A stretch of DNA of 20,633 nucleotides, taken from IMG/VR virus record IMGVR_UViG_2606217106_000021, one strand, 5' to 3'. The notes beneath the pieces are model-generated. The model did no database searches and had not been told where the DNA came from. It saw nothing but the letters and a program-made list of their open reading frames with translations. Origin of the DNA: a virus (Duplodnaviria > Heunggongvirae > Uroviricota > Caudoviricetes). Positions 9,332-17,438 of this stretch are shown piece by piece (position 1 is the stretch's first letter; every line of letters starts with the position of its first letter). A program made the position numbers and the translations under genes.

Positions 9332-11408
9332 TCACTCCTCCGGACAGCTTCGCTGCCAGTTCTTTAAGGGTTGGCCGGGTCGTCTCTTCTTCCCGGGATT
9401 TTGCCAGTACAGCCAGATCAAGCTGCCAGCGTTGCACGGACACACGTAATGCCGCATAGGCATACACCAGGCAGTCCAGCGCTTCGTTACGCCGCTTTTT
9501 GTTATCCCACAGCAGACGCATCTTTCCTTTTTCCCACTTCTCCACAAGCTCTTCCGCGACCAGTTGCTGCGCCTCTGTCTGCGAAAAAATCTCCGGATCA
9601 TCAGGAAAATGGATGGCATACGACGTGGCTTCATCCGCAGGAGTGGGATCGGCTTTCATACGGGCATAGAGAATTTCTTTTGCGGTGTCCGTCCCCACTT
9701 CACACAGATACACGCCCCGCTGATTGCGGGTTTTCGGCATGGTGATCACCGGCTTGCCATAGACAGATGCGCCTTTTACCGGCAGCACCCGGAAAACACC
9801 GTGTTTTTTTGACCTCTGATAGACAATTTCACCATCGATCCCCCCGGTGTCCCAGCAGACACGGGAAATGGTCATTTCGGTTCCGTCTGCATGGCAGTAT
9901 TTTTTGTTGATCGCCGCATCCACACGTAACAGCGTCTCTTCCTCATCGGGACGGCCCATAATGATGATTTTATCCACCAGAAAAGCTTCCTCTCCCGGTG
10001 CCCATCCCCAGACATACATCTCAAAACGGTTTCGCTGCGAGTCAATGCCCGCCGTCAGATAAACCACCCGGGCTGGCACCGCCGCCGTGTAATGCACGAC
10101 CTTATCCATCAGTACCTGGTGATCGAGTTTTTCGCCCACGGCCTCTTCAGAAGCCACATCGGATGCTTTCGCGATTTCAGTTTTCACAGCATCAAGATGT
10201 ACGGGTGATATATCAGGGTATTTACGCTGCAGTGTCTGAGGGACACGGACAAGGATCCCTGATATATTCTGTGCCACTCGCTGAAAGATGTAGGTAAATA
10301 ACTCCGTCTCGAGGACAAGGCCTTCCTCACGAGCATTTTTCAGCTCCTGTGCATCGGCCTGTGCCTTCGTCAGTCGGTAACGTTCGTAATCAATGGTGCC
10401 GGGCTGAAGGTCTGATTCGCTGGCAGCCCTCAAATCCTCGATCTCTTTACGGAGTTTTTCGTTTTCAATATCAGCTTCCCTCTGCGCATACCACTGAATG
10501 GCAGCAGTTGTATCAAAAACTGATTCAGTCCCTTTCCCTCCACCAGAAACTAGTGGTAACCCCTGACTCTGCCAGGCGGTGACTGATGCCGGACTTCCAC
10601 CGTGACACTGCGCCGCCAGCCCGGCAAGGTCAGCACGGAACTGCTGTACCATTGCAAGAAATGCTGCTGGCTGCTGGGCGTAACTGGCATTCGTCATATC
10701 GAATTCCCCCTGCATCCAGCATATCGCCAGCAAAACGTTTTTCGGGTTTTTCTGCAATGCTGCCTTCGTGCGGAAAAGCAGATCCTGATATAACGGCTTA
10801 CCCACTCCCCAGCGAGCCGAATCCTGACTGGCCCCCGTGGACTCGCTGAATGTCCCCTCCGTGCCCTGGGTGAATGCCGAACCACCACGACAGCATGGTA
10901 CCAGCAGGATCCCCGCGTTATTAGGGATATACGGAAGCAGTTTTTTGGCAATATGTAAGCCCTGTCCGACACAGCCGTACTGCCCTTTGCTCAGGTCAGC
11001 CCGGGGATGGTTAATCGTACTCATATCCTGAACATCATGCAGACAATGGTCAGCAGGAATGATGTCGTTAAATACGCATACTTCACCACCGGGAGTCACT
11101 GTGTTACGACGGGCCAGTTGCTTAATGCGCGGATGGGGCGCATCGTATGAATCCGGCAGCGGAAGCCCTTCACCGTAAGCCATGGCATTGGACTGCCCGG
11201 CCAGTACGATGACGTAGTACCAATCCGGCTCAGTTGCACCACTGACCACCACATCACCTTCTGCTGCAATCGCCTGCATCAGGGTATAAGGGGTTATGGC
11301 CACCGGACTACCAAACGGCTGCCAGCCCTCCTTCAGTTTTTGTGTCAGTCGTTTCGCAAGGTCTGACGGCGATACCGCCCTGACCACGTCATAGTGTTTA
11401 AATGCCAT
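9315..11408 (-). CDS. Chimeric ORF (697 aa): DUF1737-like/SASA-type esterase-like N-terminal region joined to the terminase large subunit (gpA) C-terminal domain
   Basis: Residues about 430-697 match lambda gpA's C-terminal region ([64 protein letters not shown]). Residues about 60-300 carry a [11 protein letters not shown] motif typical of SASA/SGNH sialate O-acetylesterases, which I associate with prophage nanS-p genes. A coiled-coil-like linker (about 310-420) matches neither. No terminase ATPase N-terminal region and no upstream nu1 are present. Confidence 0.7.
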   Translation of the reverse strand: MAFKHYDVVRAVSPSDLAKRLTQKLKEGWQPFGSPVAITPYTLMQAIAAEGDVVVSGATEPDWYYVIVLAGQSNAMAYGEGLPLPDSYDAPHPRIKQLARRNTVTPGGEVCVFNDIIPADHCLHDVQDMSTINHPRADLSKGQYGCVGQGLHIAKKLLPYIPNNAGILLVPCCRGGSAFTQGTEGTFSESTGASQDSARWGVGKPLYQDLLFRTKAALQKNPKNVLLAICWMQGEFDMTNASYAQQPAAFLAMVQQFRADLAGLAAQCHGGSPASVTAWQSQGLPLVSGGGKGTESVFDTTAAIQWYAQREADIENEKLRKEIEDLRAASESDLQPGTIDYERYRLTKAQADAQELKNAREEGLVLETELFTYIFQRVAQNISGILVRVPQTLQRKYPDISPVHLDAVKTEIAKASDVASEEAVGEKLDHQVLMDKVVHYTAAVPARVVYLTAGIDSQRNRFEMYVWGWAPGEEAFLVDKIIIMGRPDEEETLLRVDAAINKKYCHADGTEMTISRVCWDTGGIDGEIVYQRSKKHGVFRVLPVKGASVYGKPVITMPKTRNQRGVYLCEVGTDTAKEILYARMKADPTPADEATSYAIHFPDDPEIFSQTEAQQLVAEELVEKWEKGKMRLLWDNKKRRNEALDCLVYAYAALRVSVQRWQLDLAVLAKSREEETTRPTLKELAAKLSGGVNGYSR

Positions 11409-11600
11409 GAATCCTCCCGGCCGGGATAATATTGTGAGTAAAATAAGGAGCGGGCTGAAGTCCGGAAGTTACAGGACAATGGCAGAAGAGAGACGACAGC
11501 CCGCAATTCGAAAAAGACCGCGCAGTTGCGCAGAGTGATTACTATGGGGTATTATTCGCCAGCTGAAATATTACTTCACGTTTTATTGTTTATTCCTTGC

Positions 11601-11630
11601 CGCCCGCGTCTCCCAGCGCGGGCTTTTTTT
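11601..11630 (+). terminator. Plus-strand rho-independent terminator-like hairpin
   Basis: cccgcg-tctcccag-cgcggg followed by cttttttt on the plus strand. Confidence 0.5.
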
Positions 11631-11635
11631 GCCCA

Positions 11636-11885
11636 CAAGAAAACCCCTCCGGAGAGGGGCTAAAGCCGCGTATCTGTATCATCATGCACATGGTGCCGGG
11701 TGCCTCCCGGTGAGTTCAGCCCGGTGCCACTAAACCCGCGTCATTCTCGTTTTGATAATCAGAGATTATACCGTCACCAGTCGCCCCTCCGCTCAGGGGG
11801 ATTCACCATGCGAAATTTTTTTAACAAATGCCCAGTCTGACAGGCAACTGTCAACTTACTGAATTGTGAGCAACATAGCATTTAA
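11636..11885. repeat. Repeat unit A of a diverged direct repeat (partner at about 12122-12340)
   Basis: Shares identical blocks with unit B: aaaacccctccggagaggggct, catggtgccgggtgcctcccggtga, cccctccgcNcagggggattcaccatg, ttttaacaaa, gtcaac, ctgaattNtgag. Sequence between the blocks has diverged. Confidence 0.7.
11637..11660 (-). terminator. Minus-strand rho-independent terminator (repeat unit A)
   Basis: Minus strand reads cccctc-tccg-gagggg followed by ttttcttg. It is back to back with the plus-strand terminator at 11601-11630. Confidence 0.55.
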
Positions 11886-11904
11886 CGGGGAACCTGTTTT
11901 CTGC

Positions 11905-11934
11905 AGTAAAAAGGCCCACCGGAGCGGATGGGCC
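11905..11934 (-). terminator. Minus-strand terminator-like hairpin
   Basis: ggccca-ccggagcgga-tgggcc; on the minus strand it is followed by tttttactg. Confidence 0.45.
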
Positions 11935-12121
11935 TGGAAGGATAGCGGTCATGTGATGCCGGTTTCCCGGTAACTCAGCACCGGTATCTGAGTCAACGTT
12001 TTCTCTACTGGGTCATTTCCGATACGCCCTGCCTGCTGACAGGCTTTCATCACATCTGAAAATATAGCACCCTGACTGATACTGTAGTACCTAAGGTTCC
12101 AGAAACTGTGATGTATCCGGC

Positions 12122-12148
12122 ACAGAAAAGCCCCTCCGGAGAGGGGCT
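12122..12148 (-). terminator. Minus-strand rho-independent terminator (repeat unit B)
   Basis: Minus strand reads gcccctc-tccg-gaggggc, a perfect 7-bp GC stem, followed by ttttctg. Confidence 0.6.
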
Positions 12149-12340
12149 GGAGAGTGGCGCTATGTGCCATTGCATGGTGCCGGGTGCCTCCCGGTGAATT
12201 CAGTACCAGCACCTGAATCCGCGATTATCCCATATACCTACTCGCTGATTGCCCCTCCGCACAGGGGGATTCACCATGCCAGTTTCTTTTAACAAACTCC
12301 CCGCAAACCAGACAACAGTCAACCGCCTGAATTATGAGAC
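12122..12340. repeat. Repeat unit B (partner of 11636-11885)
   Basis: Same conserved hairpin blocks as unit A. The hairpin cccctccgcacaggggg differs from unit A only in the loop (a versus t). Confidence 0.7.
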
Positions 12341-12344
12341 ATTT

Positions 12345-12368
12345 AAAAAAAAGCCCGCAAAAGCGAGC
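12345..12368 (-). terminator. Minus-strand terminator-like hairpin just downstream of the tRNA cluster
   Basis: Minus strand reads gctcgc-tttt-gcgggc (6 bp with one G-U pair) followed by a T8 run. Confidence 0.5.
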
Positions 12369-12383
12369 CAGGGAAAATAAGTG

Positions 12384-12460
12384 TGGCGCGTTGTACTGGA
12401 TTCGAACCAGTGACCGATTGCTTAGAAGGCAATTGCTCTGTCCGGCTGAGCTAACAACGC
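12384..12460 (-). tRNA. argO: tRNA-Arg (anticodon UCU)
   Basis: Reverse complement folds as a cloverleaf: acceptor GCGTTGT/ACAACGC, T-loop GGTTCGAATCC, anticodon loop CTTCTAA, 3' GCCA. The symbol is by analogy with the ileZ-argN-argO cluster of Stx-type lambdoid phages and is not verified. Confidence 0.85.
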
Positions 12461-12473
12461 ATGATGCAGATAA

Positions 12474-12550
12474 TGGACCGCCATCGGGGACTTGAACCCC
12501 GCGCAGCCAGCTTCGAAGGCTGGCGCTCTTTCCTGATGAGCTAATGGCGG
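12474..12550 (-). tRNA. argN: tRNA-Arg (anticodon UCG)
   Basis: Reverse complement: acceptor CCGCCAT/ATGGCGG, T-arm CGGGG-TTCAAGT-CCCCG, anticodon loop CTTCGAA, 3' TCCA. Symbol by analogy only. Confidence 0.8.
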
Positions 12551-12557
12551 TATGTGA

Positions 12558-12633
12558 TGGTGGCCCTTGCTGGATTTGAACCAGCGACCTGGCGATTATG
12601 AGTCGCTCGCTCTCACCACTGAGCTAAAGGGCC
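12558..12633 (-). tRNA. ileZ: tRNA with CAU anticodon, Ile2 (lysidine) type
   Basis: Reverse complement GGCCCTTTAGCTCAGTGGTGAGAGCGAGCGACTCATAATCGCCAGGTCGCTGGTTCAAATCCAGCAAGGGCCACCA closely resembles E. coli ileX-type tRNA (anticodon loop CTCATAA). Symbol by analogy only. Confidence 0.8.
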
Positions 12634-12661
12634 GAGCCAAAAAATAATAATCAGATGAAAA

Positions 12662-13375
12662 TCAATAATCAAGCCCTTGCCTGGATACATATCTGTCTGG
12701 CGGGAAGCCATAATAGCGGTGAAATACAGAAATAAAGTAGGACCTGCTTGAATAACCGCATTTTTCTGCTATAGCCTGTCCATATCCATGCCGGGAACAT
12801 AACATATTTACAGCAACACGCATCCGCTCTTCCAGCAACAAGCGACTGAACATGCCCCCTTCATTTTTCAGTTTTGTCTTTAACAAACTCTCACTCATAT
12901 GCAACTGTAGAGCAATCGCACCAAGCGTCCAGCTTGCTGATATATCTGTCTGAATTATCGCCCTGACTTTGGCACTTATGCTGGATAAACATCCACTTAA
13001 AAACAATGACATCCGTTCATCTGTTTCAAACAGAGACAGGCAGGCCATCATAAGAAACATATCCGTGGCCTCTCCGGAAAATCCCTGGCTGGTAATTAAA
13101 GCCGCAGCCAACGCAGGATTGTTGGGTTCCAGCAACAGGTAAAGCGGAATGTCAGTCAGACGAGTCCTCGTCAGCTTATGCTGACTTTCCAGATATTGAC
13201 TTACGACGGATTCGCTTATATCGACAATTTTAACTTTGCCATAATGCATAAGGAAAAGCTCCCTGATGCATTTGGTGGCCAGAACAACTGAGCCTGGCTT
13301 AAGTGACAACGTATCCTTTTCAAGAAAAATATTAATTGGGGAGCAAACCATGATAACTGAACAGACAACAGCCAT
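12662..13375 (-). CDS. AraC/XylS-family transcriptional regulator, AppY-like (237 aa)
   Basis: C-terminal AraC-type HTH (AIAEKCGYSSRSYFISVFHRYYGFPP). The N-terminus MAVVCSVIMVC...KIVDI resembles AppY (MDYVCSVVFIC...RIVDI, recalled from memory). AT-rich; the 13376-13509 gap upstream could hold its own promoter. Confidence 0.85.
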   Translation of the reverse strand: MAVVCSVIMVCSPINIFLEKDTLSLKPGSVVLATKCIRELFLMHYGKVKIVDISESVVSQYLESQHKLTRTRLTDIPLYLLLEPNNPALAAALITSQGFSGEATDMFLMMACLSLFETDERMSLFLSGCLSSISAKVRAIIQTDISASWTLGAIALQLHMSESLLKTKLKNEGGMFSRLLLEERMRVAVNMLCSRHGYGQAIAEKCGYSSRSYFISVFHRYYGFPPDRYVSRQGLDY

Positions 13376-13495
13376 TATAATTTTACTTTCATTAGCAATT
13401 GGTTAGCTCAATTATAGCCCCAAAAGGTAAATTATCATCAACACATAAGCAAAGGACTGACAGGTGTCGCCCCCCCACCAGCCGCCCATTCACCA

Positions 13496-13523
13496 CAAAT
13501 AAAAAGCCTTCAGGACTGAAGGC
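13496..13523 (-). terminator. Minus-strand terminator overlapping the stop of the 65-aa ORF
   Basis: Stem gccttca/tgaaggc with a ggac loop; on the minus strand it is followed by tttttatttg. Confidence 0.45.
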
Positions 13524-13707
13524 GTCTGTAACAACCGCACTGATAGTCTGCCAGACCCGCCATAACAAGCTGGGTCAGTATTAACTGGCAGCGTTCGCGT
13601 GAAAGGTAAGTATTCTGCGCAATCTCCCCGACTGTCGCCGGTTCGGTAACGCTTAATTCATCAAACACAACTCTGGCGGTTTCTGTCATATCCTGCTGTT
13701 TCAGCAT
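13510..13707 (-). CDS. Hypothetical small protein (65 aa), possibly a DNA-binding protein
   Basis: ORF with its own terminator hairpin at its 3' end. I did not recognise a family; the idea of a small helix-turn-helix fold is only an impression from composition. Confidence 0.4.
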   Translation of the reverse strand: MLKQQDMTETARVVFDELSVTEPATVGEIAQNTYLSRERCQLILTQLVMAGLADYQCGCYRRLQS

Positions 13708-13831
13708 GTCTTTTTACCCTTTCCGGTTAACGTGACATACCAATAACTCTTGTCTAAAAAGCCAGCAAGATAAAAAGCCAGTATTCACGACCACCAGCGT
13801 GTTTACTGTACTGCACCAAGTTTACAGGTAC

Positions 13832-13853
13832 AAAAAACCCGCTCAGTGGCGGG
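13832..13853 (-). terminator. Minus-strand rho-independent terminator after the ~205-aa cargo gene
   Basis: Minus strand reads cccgc-cactga-gcggg followed by ttttttg. Confidence 0.55.
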
Positions 13854-13985
13854 TTTAAGTTGTGTGGCGAAGTAACCACTCTTAACACACTAATAGCATT
13901 TTTGTTATAACACAAGTAGCTCATTCAGTATTTTTAGAATCTTGACTTTCTTAAGCACGGCGAACTCTGAATACCAAACATAAAA

Positions 13986-14603
13986 TCAATTATCTTCCAG
14001 GCCGGATGCTATCAACGAAAGCCTCTCAAAAAACGCTGTAGCAGCCTTGTCCAAAGTTGAATAAGTACTGTATTCTCCGTGTTCGGGACCAACCACTACC
14101 CATGGTCGTCTTTTTGGGATTCGGGACTTCTCAGAAATCACTGTTCCAGATATACCAATATCAATTGTTACACCTGTTATTATTTTCTCTTCATCTCTTT
14201 CCCTGAACTCAATTGCCATAAATGCCGTTTTTTTTCGTTTCCCGTTTTTAAAAAAATCAAATAAAGCAAAGCGATGCTCATTAAAATCAACACCCCATCG
14301 TCCTTCAGGATAAAGGGCATGAAAGTTGTCATTTACGCTCTGCATCGTCTCATAAGCTTTAACTTCTAAATCTCCATAGTGCATAGATACCGCGCAGGAG
14401 TCACTGGGTAACTGTATTTTCCCAAGATTGAAAACCTTTACTGCTCCAGAACTATGGCATCTTGCCCGCAATTTATCCCCATTTATACTAATCGGAGAAA
14501 TATTCCTTAATGTTCCGGGCTGGCTCCCTCCTAAGTAAACGACTGTTAAAGATTGCTTATTTTCAATTGCATCAACTAATACATGCTCTACATTTTTATC
14601 CAT
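13986..14603 (-). CDS. Hypothetical protein (about 205 aa from MDKNVEH...; six-frame ORF extends to 14630), unrecognised family
   Basis: AT-rich ORF directly downstream of Q. GGGAGG lies 5 nt before the ATG at 14601-14603. Its own terminator is at 13832-13853. No motif recognised. Confidence 0.6.
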   Translation of the reverse strand: MDKNVEHVLVDAIENKQSLTVVYLGGSQPGTLRNISPISINGDKLRARCHSSGAVKVFNLGKIQLPSDSCAVSMHYGDLEVKAYETMQSVNDNFHALYPEGRWGVDFNEHRFALFDFFKNGKRKKTAFMAIEFRERDEEKIITGVTIDIGISGTVISEKSRIPKRRPWVVVGPEHGEYSTYSTLDKAATAFFERLSLIASGLEDN

Positions 14604-14678
14604 AATAACCTCCCAATGAACAGGTATCATCAGGAGGTTATAATAAAATATGATTATTTACTTTGATTGAATTTATTA

Positions 14679-15065
14679 CTATATGTAACAATCAATTTCT
14701 AAAGATACCCCCAACATTGCCAGACAACCGTCAATAAACCCTTCAGCTTTCTGCAGTCTGATAACAACCTGATTAAGTGATATCCCCAGTTTTACCCCCA
14801 ACACCCGTAATGTAACCCCATACACATAATACATTTCCAGTAATTCGTATTGATACGGTTCCTTTTTCTTAAGAACTGTCATCGCAGAGCTAATGATCAG
14901 GCCATCGTCATCGCTACATTGCGGGCGGGATTTTACTTTCGAAGGAATTAATCCCTTAAAACCTGCAGCAACAGATGACCATTCCACATCCTCGTGATTA
15001 TTTGCCACCCATGCCCCCCAACGTTCAAGAACCATTTGAATATCACGCATCAACTTTCTCCACAA
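14679..15065 (-). CDS. Late-gene antiterminator Q (phage 82/21 type, QuuD-like; 128 aa)
   Basis: MRDIQMVLERWGAW...GFKGLIPSKVKSRPQC...LQKAEGFIDG resembles my recollection of E. coli QuuD. An alternative start is at M6 (15050). Confidence 0.8.
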   Translation of the reverse strand: MWRKLMRDIQMVLERWGAWVANNHEDVEWSSVAAGFKGLIPSKVKSRPQCSDDDGLIISSAMTVLKKKEPYQYELLEMYYVYGVTLRVLGVKLGISLNQVVIRLQKAEGFIDGCLAMLGVSLEIDCYI

Positions 15066-15067
15066 AA

Positions 15068-16063
15068 TCAGGCCAGCACGCCTATTGCCAGCGCACGATC
15101 GATAAAACGAAATATCAGCTCCAGCTGGGAGCCATACTTCTCTTCAAATGCCACGGTATCCGCATGCAGCTCGTCGTGATGCTTTCTGCACAAAGGCAGC
15201 ACGAAGAGGTCATGCGCTTTTGTACCCATTCCCCCCTGACCGTGGCCTATCAGGTGGTGGGGATCATCAGCAGGCTTTCCACAACATGCACACGGCTGCG
15301 TCTTAACCCAGCGCGTGTACTTTTCATTAACCCAGCGGCGACGTTTGGGGCGTAACATAAAAGACTCCGGCGACTCCGGATCCACTTTCAGCGCCAGCAC
15401 CTTTTTCGCTTTATCCTGGATGATGCTGGTGGCAGGAACCGAAGGCACAAGGTCACTTTCCCGGGTGACAGACGGCACAACAGGCTTCGGTAATCTCAGT
15501 GCCTTACGGGCTGCACTTTCCGGTAAGGCATCCGCCAGGTCATTACGAATCAGCCACCAGCACAGTTCCGGCATTGTCACAACGTGACTGTCATCAAAAC
15601 CGAGATCCCGACGCACAACAGACAACACCCAGCGGGCACAGTTATCCGTTGCCATTGATTCCAGCCGTTCCGTGAACTGATCGCGCAGCTGGTTATCGCA
15701 GTGCCAGCACAGACGGATTGCGCCCGGAGCGTGTCGCATTGTGGTCATGTTCTCGCTGTGCCATCCGGAATGAGGCCACTGGCAGCCTTTTTCACGAAGT
15801 AACCAGCTTTCAAGACATTCCACGCCACCAGCACGACGGATCACTGCCTCATGGCGGAACACGGCCCGAACGGCAGGATCATCCGCCAGCGGTTGTGATG
15901 CCGCCGGAACGGCACCACTGGCGAAAGATGAATAACGCTCCGGCTCAGGCTCCAGCAGGACACGCCCCTGCATAAACAGGGGCATCAGCTCTGAACCTGG
16001 CCTGAACAATACGATCCCCATACGCGGGGCAATTTCAGGGGTCAGTAGTGCTCTCACAGTCAC
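15068..16063 (-). CDS. DUF968 (YdfU-like) protein with a C-terminal Cys/His-rich HNH-like motif (331 aa)
   Basis: C-terminal CACCGKPADDPHHLIGHGQGG...LCRKHHDELH. The position immediately upstream of Q matches the quuQ-ydfU arrangement I recall in the Qin prophage. Confidence 0.65.
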   Translation of the reverse strand: MTVRALLTPEIAPRMGIVLFRPGSELMPLFMQGRVLLEPEPERYSSFASGAVPAASQPLADDPAVRAVFRHEAVIRRAGGVECLESWLLREKGCQWPHSGWHSENMTTMRHAPGAIRLCWHCDNQLRDQFTERLESMATDNCARWVLSVVRRDLGFDDSHVVTMPELCWWLIRNDLADALPESAARKALRLPKPVVPSVTRESDLVPSVPATSIIQDKAKKVLALKVDPESPESFMLRPKRRRWVNEKYTRWVKTQPCACCGKPADDPHHLIGHGQGGMGTKAHDLFVLPLCRKHHDELHADTVAFEEKYGSQLELIFRFIDRALAIGVLA

Positions 16064-16064
16064 C

Positions 16065-16892
16065 TCAATGAACGGTATCGAGCAGCTTTAACAGCTCAGG
16101 AAATCGGGATTCGAAGAAATGCGGCTGCGTCTCGCGCGGATTTGCAGGACTGGTGATGTTCTTGCCGAACATGCAGCCTTTCGCGGTCAGCGACCAGAAT
16201 TTTTTGATGTTGTTAATCGCGGTACGGCTGTATCGTTCGCGTTGTTCAACGATCCCCAGCTTCGCCATCTGGTGATATGCCTGATTAGCCGTCAGGCGGA
16301 TACCATACTGCTTCAGCAGTGCACTCAGCGACAGCGTAGGGCGGCTTGAACCATCTGGCGCATCAGCAGGTGCATCAATGGCATAGATCGGCATAAGTTC
16401 AGGAAGACCAGCTACCTTTGATAATTTCTGGTATGCACCAAGTTTCGAGGAGTTTGACAGATTTAGAGTCTTTGCTGCTGATTCAAGCAGAATGACCCCG
16501 GATTTAATTTTGTCGGATGTGGTTTCTTCTGGTGATGAATTATGAAGCGCATCAAAAGTACGTATCACTTTTAAGCTGAATGCCGGGCTGATCCACATTG
16601 CATATGCATAGACCAGCTCTTTACAGACATACGTCCCACCATTGCGCCCCTGAATGGTGATGACAGGAATACTACGGGAATCTCCCGTAGTTTCTTCTTC
16701 CAATAATTCCACAAGAGCCTTCGTTTCAGGACGACGCATAAACTCGTGAACTTCCAGCGAACGGGAGGAGCGATTCTCACCAGCGGCAAGAAGAGCAGCT
16801 TTCTGAAGGTCGTTAAGACAGTAGTTAGATTCGAAGTACTGACGCACAGAAACGCCATCAATTACAAGCAACTGATTCATTGGTTTCTCCAC
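16065..16892 (-). CDS. KilA-N domain protein (275 aa), possible antirepressor-type regulator
   Basis: The N-terminal region LLVIDGVSVRQYFE...ITIQGRNGGTYVCKELVYAYAMWISPAF fits the KilA-N signature (GGTW/Y...A.WISP.F). The C-terminal half is unrecognised. Confidence 0.75.
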   Translation of the reverse strand: MEKPMNQLLVIDGVSVRQYFESNYCLNDLQKAALLAAGENRSSRSLEVHEFMRRPETKALVELLEEETTGDSRSIPVITIQGRNGGTYVCKELVYAYAMWISPAFSLKVIRTFDALHNSSPEETTSDKIKSGVILLESAAKTLNLSNSSKLGAYQKLSKVAGLPELMPIYAIDAPADAPDGSSRPTLSLSALLKQYGIRLTANQAYHQMAKLGIVEQRERYSRTAINNIKKFWSLTAKGCMFGKNITSPANPRETQPHFFESRFPELLKLLDTVH

Positions 16893-16977
16893 AAATTTTT
16901 ATCCACGAGCGGGACTGCACTCCCTTTTCGTTGATGCAGGATGAACTTACTGCGATTTTTAATAGTTATCAAGGATA

Positions 16978-16997
16978 CACTGTTCATAAATACAGTA
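16978..16997. promoter_or_regulatory. LexA-box-like palindrome (CACTGTTCATAAATACAGTA) about 85 bp upstream of the KilA-N gene
   Basis: CTGT-N8-ACAG with an AT-rich centre, compared with the consensus TACTGTATATATATACAGTA. It lies in the only sizeable intergenic gap of the early operon (16893-17042). Confidence 0.5.
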
Positions 16998-17042
16998 TCT
17001 TTAACGAGGTAATACCCAAATTTAGGGTGTTGCTCAATTCCG

Positions 17043-17438
17043 TTACCGAGTTGCTAATTTGCAACTCGCTTTTTCGTACTTACTGATAGTGATCTCGACC
17101 TTCCCCTCCGGGATAACCGGTCCCCACTCCACCAGCATTCTTTTCACCTGACTGTCGTCTTCCCACACACCCGCGTGGGTCAGGGCGTCAAACAGCGCCT
17201 TGTTATAGTTGTCCAGATCGCGGATCCGGTTATCCGGAGGAAACAACACGATCTCCACTGAAGCAGGTGCCGACGTTGGTTTCGGCAGACGACGTAACTG
17301 CTCAACTATTGCTGCACACGCCGCGCTCTGGAATTTTCGCCCCGCCGCGCTTATCAGGCTCTTACCAGCAAACGCCCCTTTGTTGGGGTGTCGCCAGTAC
17401 GTGTTCACGCTGGGCGGAAAAGGCAGTATTAGCTTCAT
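17043..17438 (-). CDS. rusA: RusA-family Holliday junction resolvase (131 aa)
   Basis: LPFPPSVNTYWRH ... RIRDLDNYNKALFDALTHAGVWEDDSQV matches the RusA family pattern (LPWPPS.N.YYRH ... RRRDLDN..KA.FDALT.AG.W.DD.QV). Confidence 0.85.
   Translation of the reverse strand: MKLILPFPPSVNTYWRHPNKGAFAGKSLISAAGRKFQSAACAAIVEQLRRLPKPTSAPASVEIVLFPPDNRIRDLDNYNKALFDALTHAGVWEDDSQVKRMLVEWGPVIPEGKVEITISKYEKASCKLATR

Noticed and set aside
9332-10297. Short ORFs overlapping the chimeric terminase ORF on either strand
   Set aside because: Alternative-frame ORFs within a region whose main frame carries the terminase and esterase motifs.
11949-12212. Minus-strand 87-aa ORF in the repeat region
   Set aside because: Its frame runs through the conserved hairpin and terminator blocks, and nothing matching it is readable in repeat unit A. 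More likely non-coding.
11636-12340. Possible CRISPR array
   Set aside because: Only two long (~220-250 bp), diverged units with no short regular repeat-spacer periodicity; not CRISPR-like.
17046-17075. Hairpin plus T-run reading as a plus-strand terminator
   Set aside because: It lies inside the rusA 3' coding sequence and no plus-strand gene precedes it. On the coding strand it is preceded, not followed, by the T-run.
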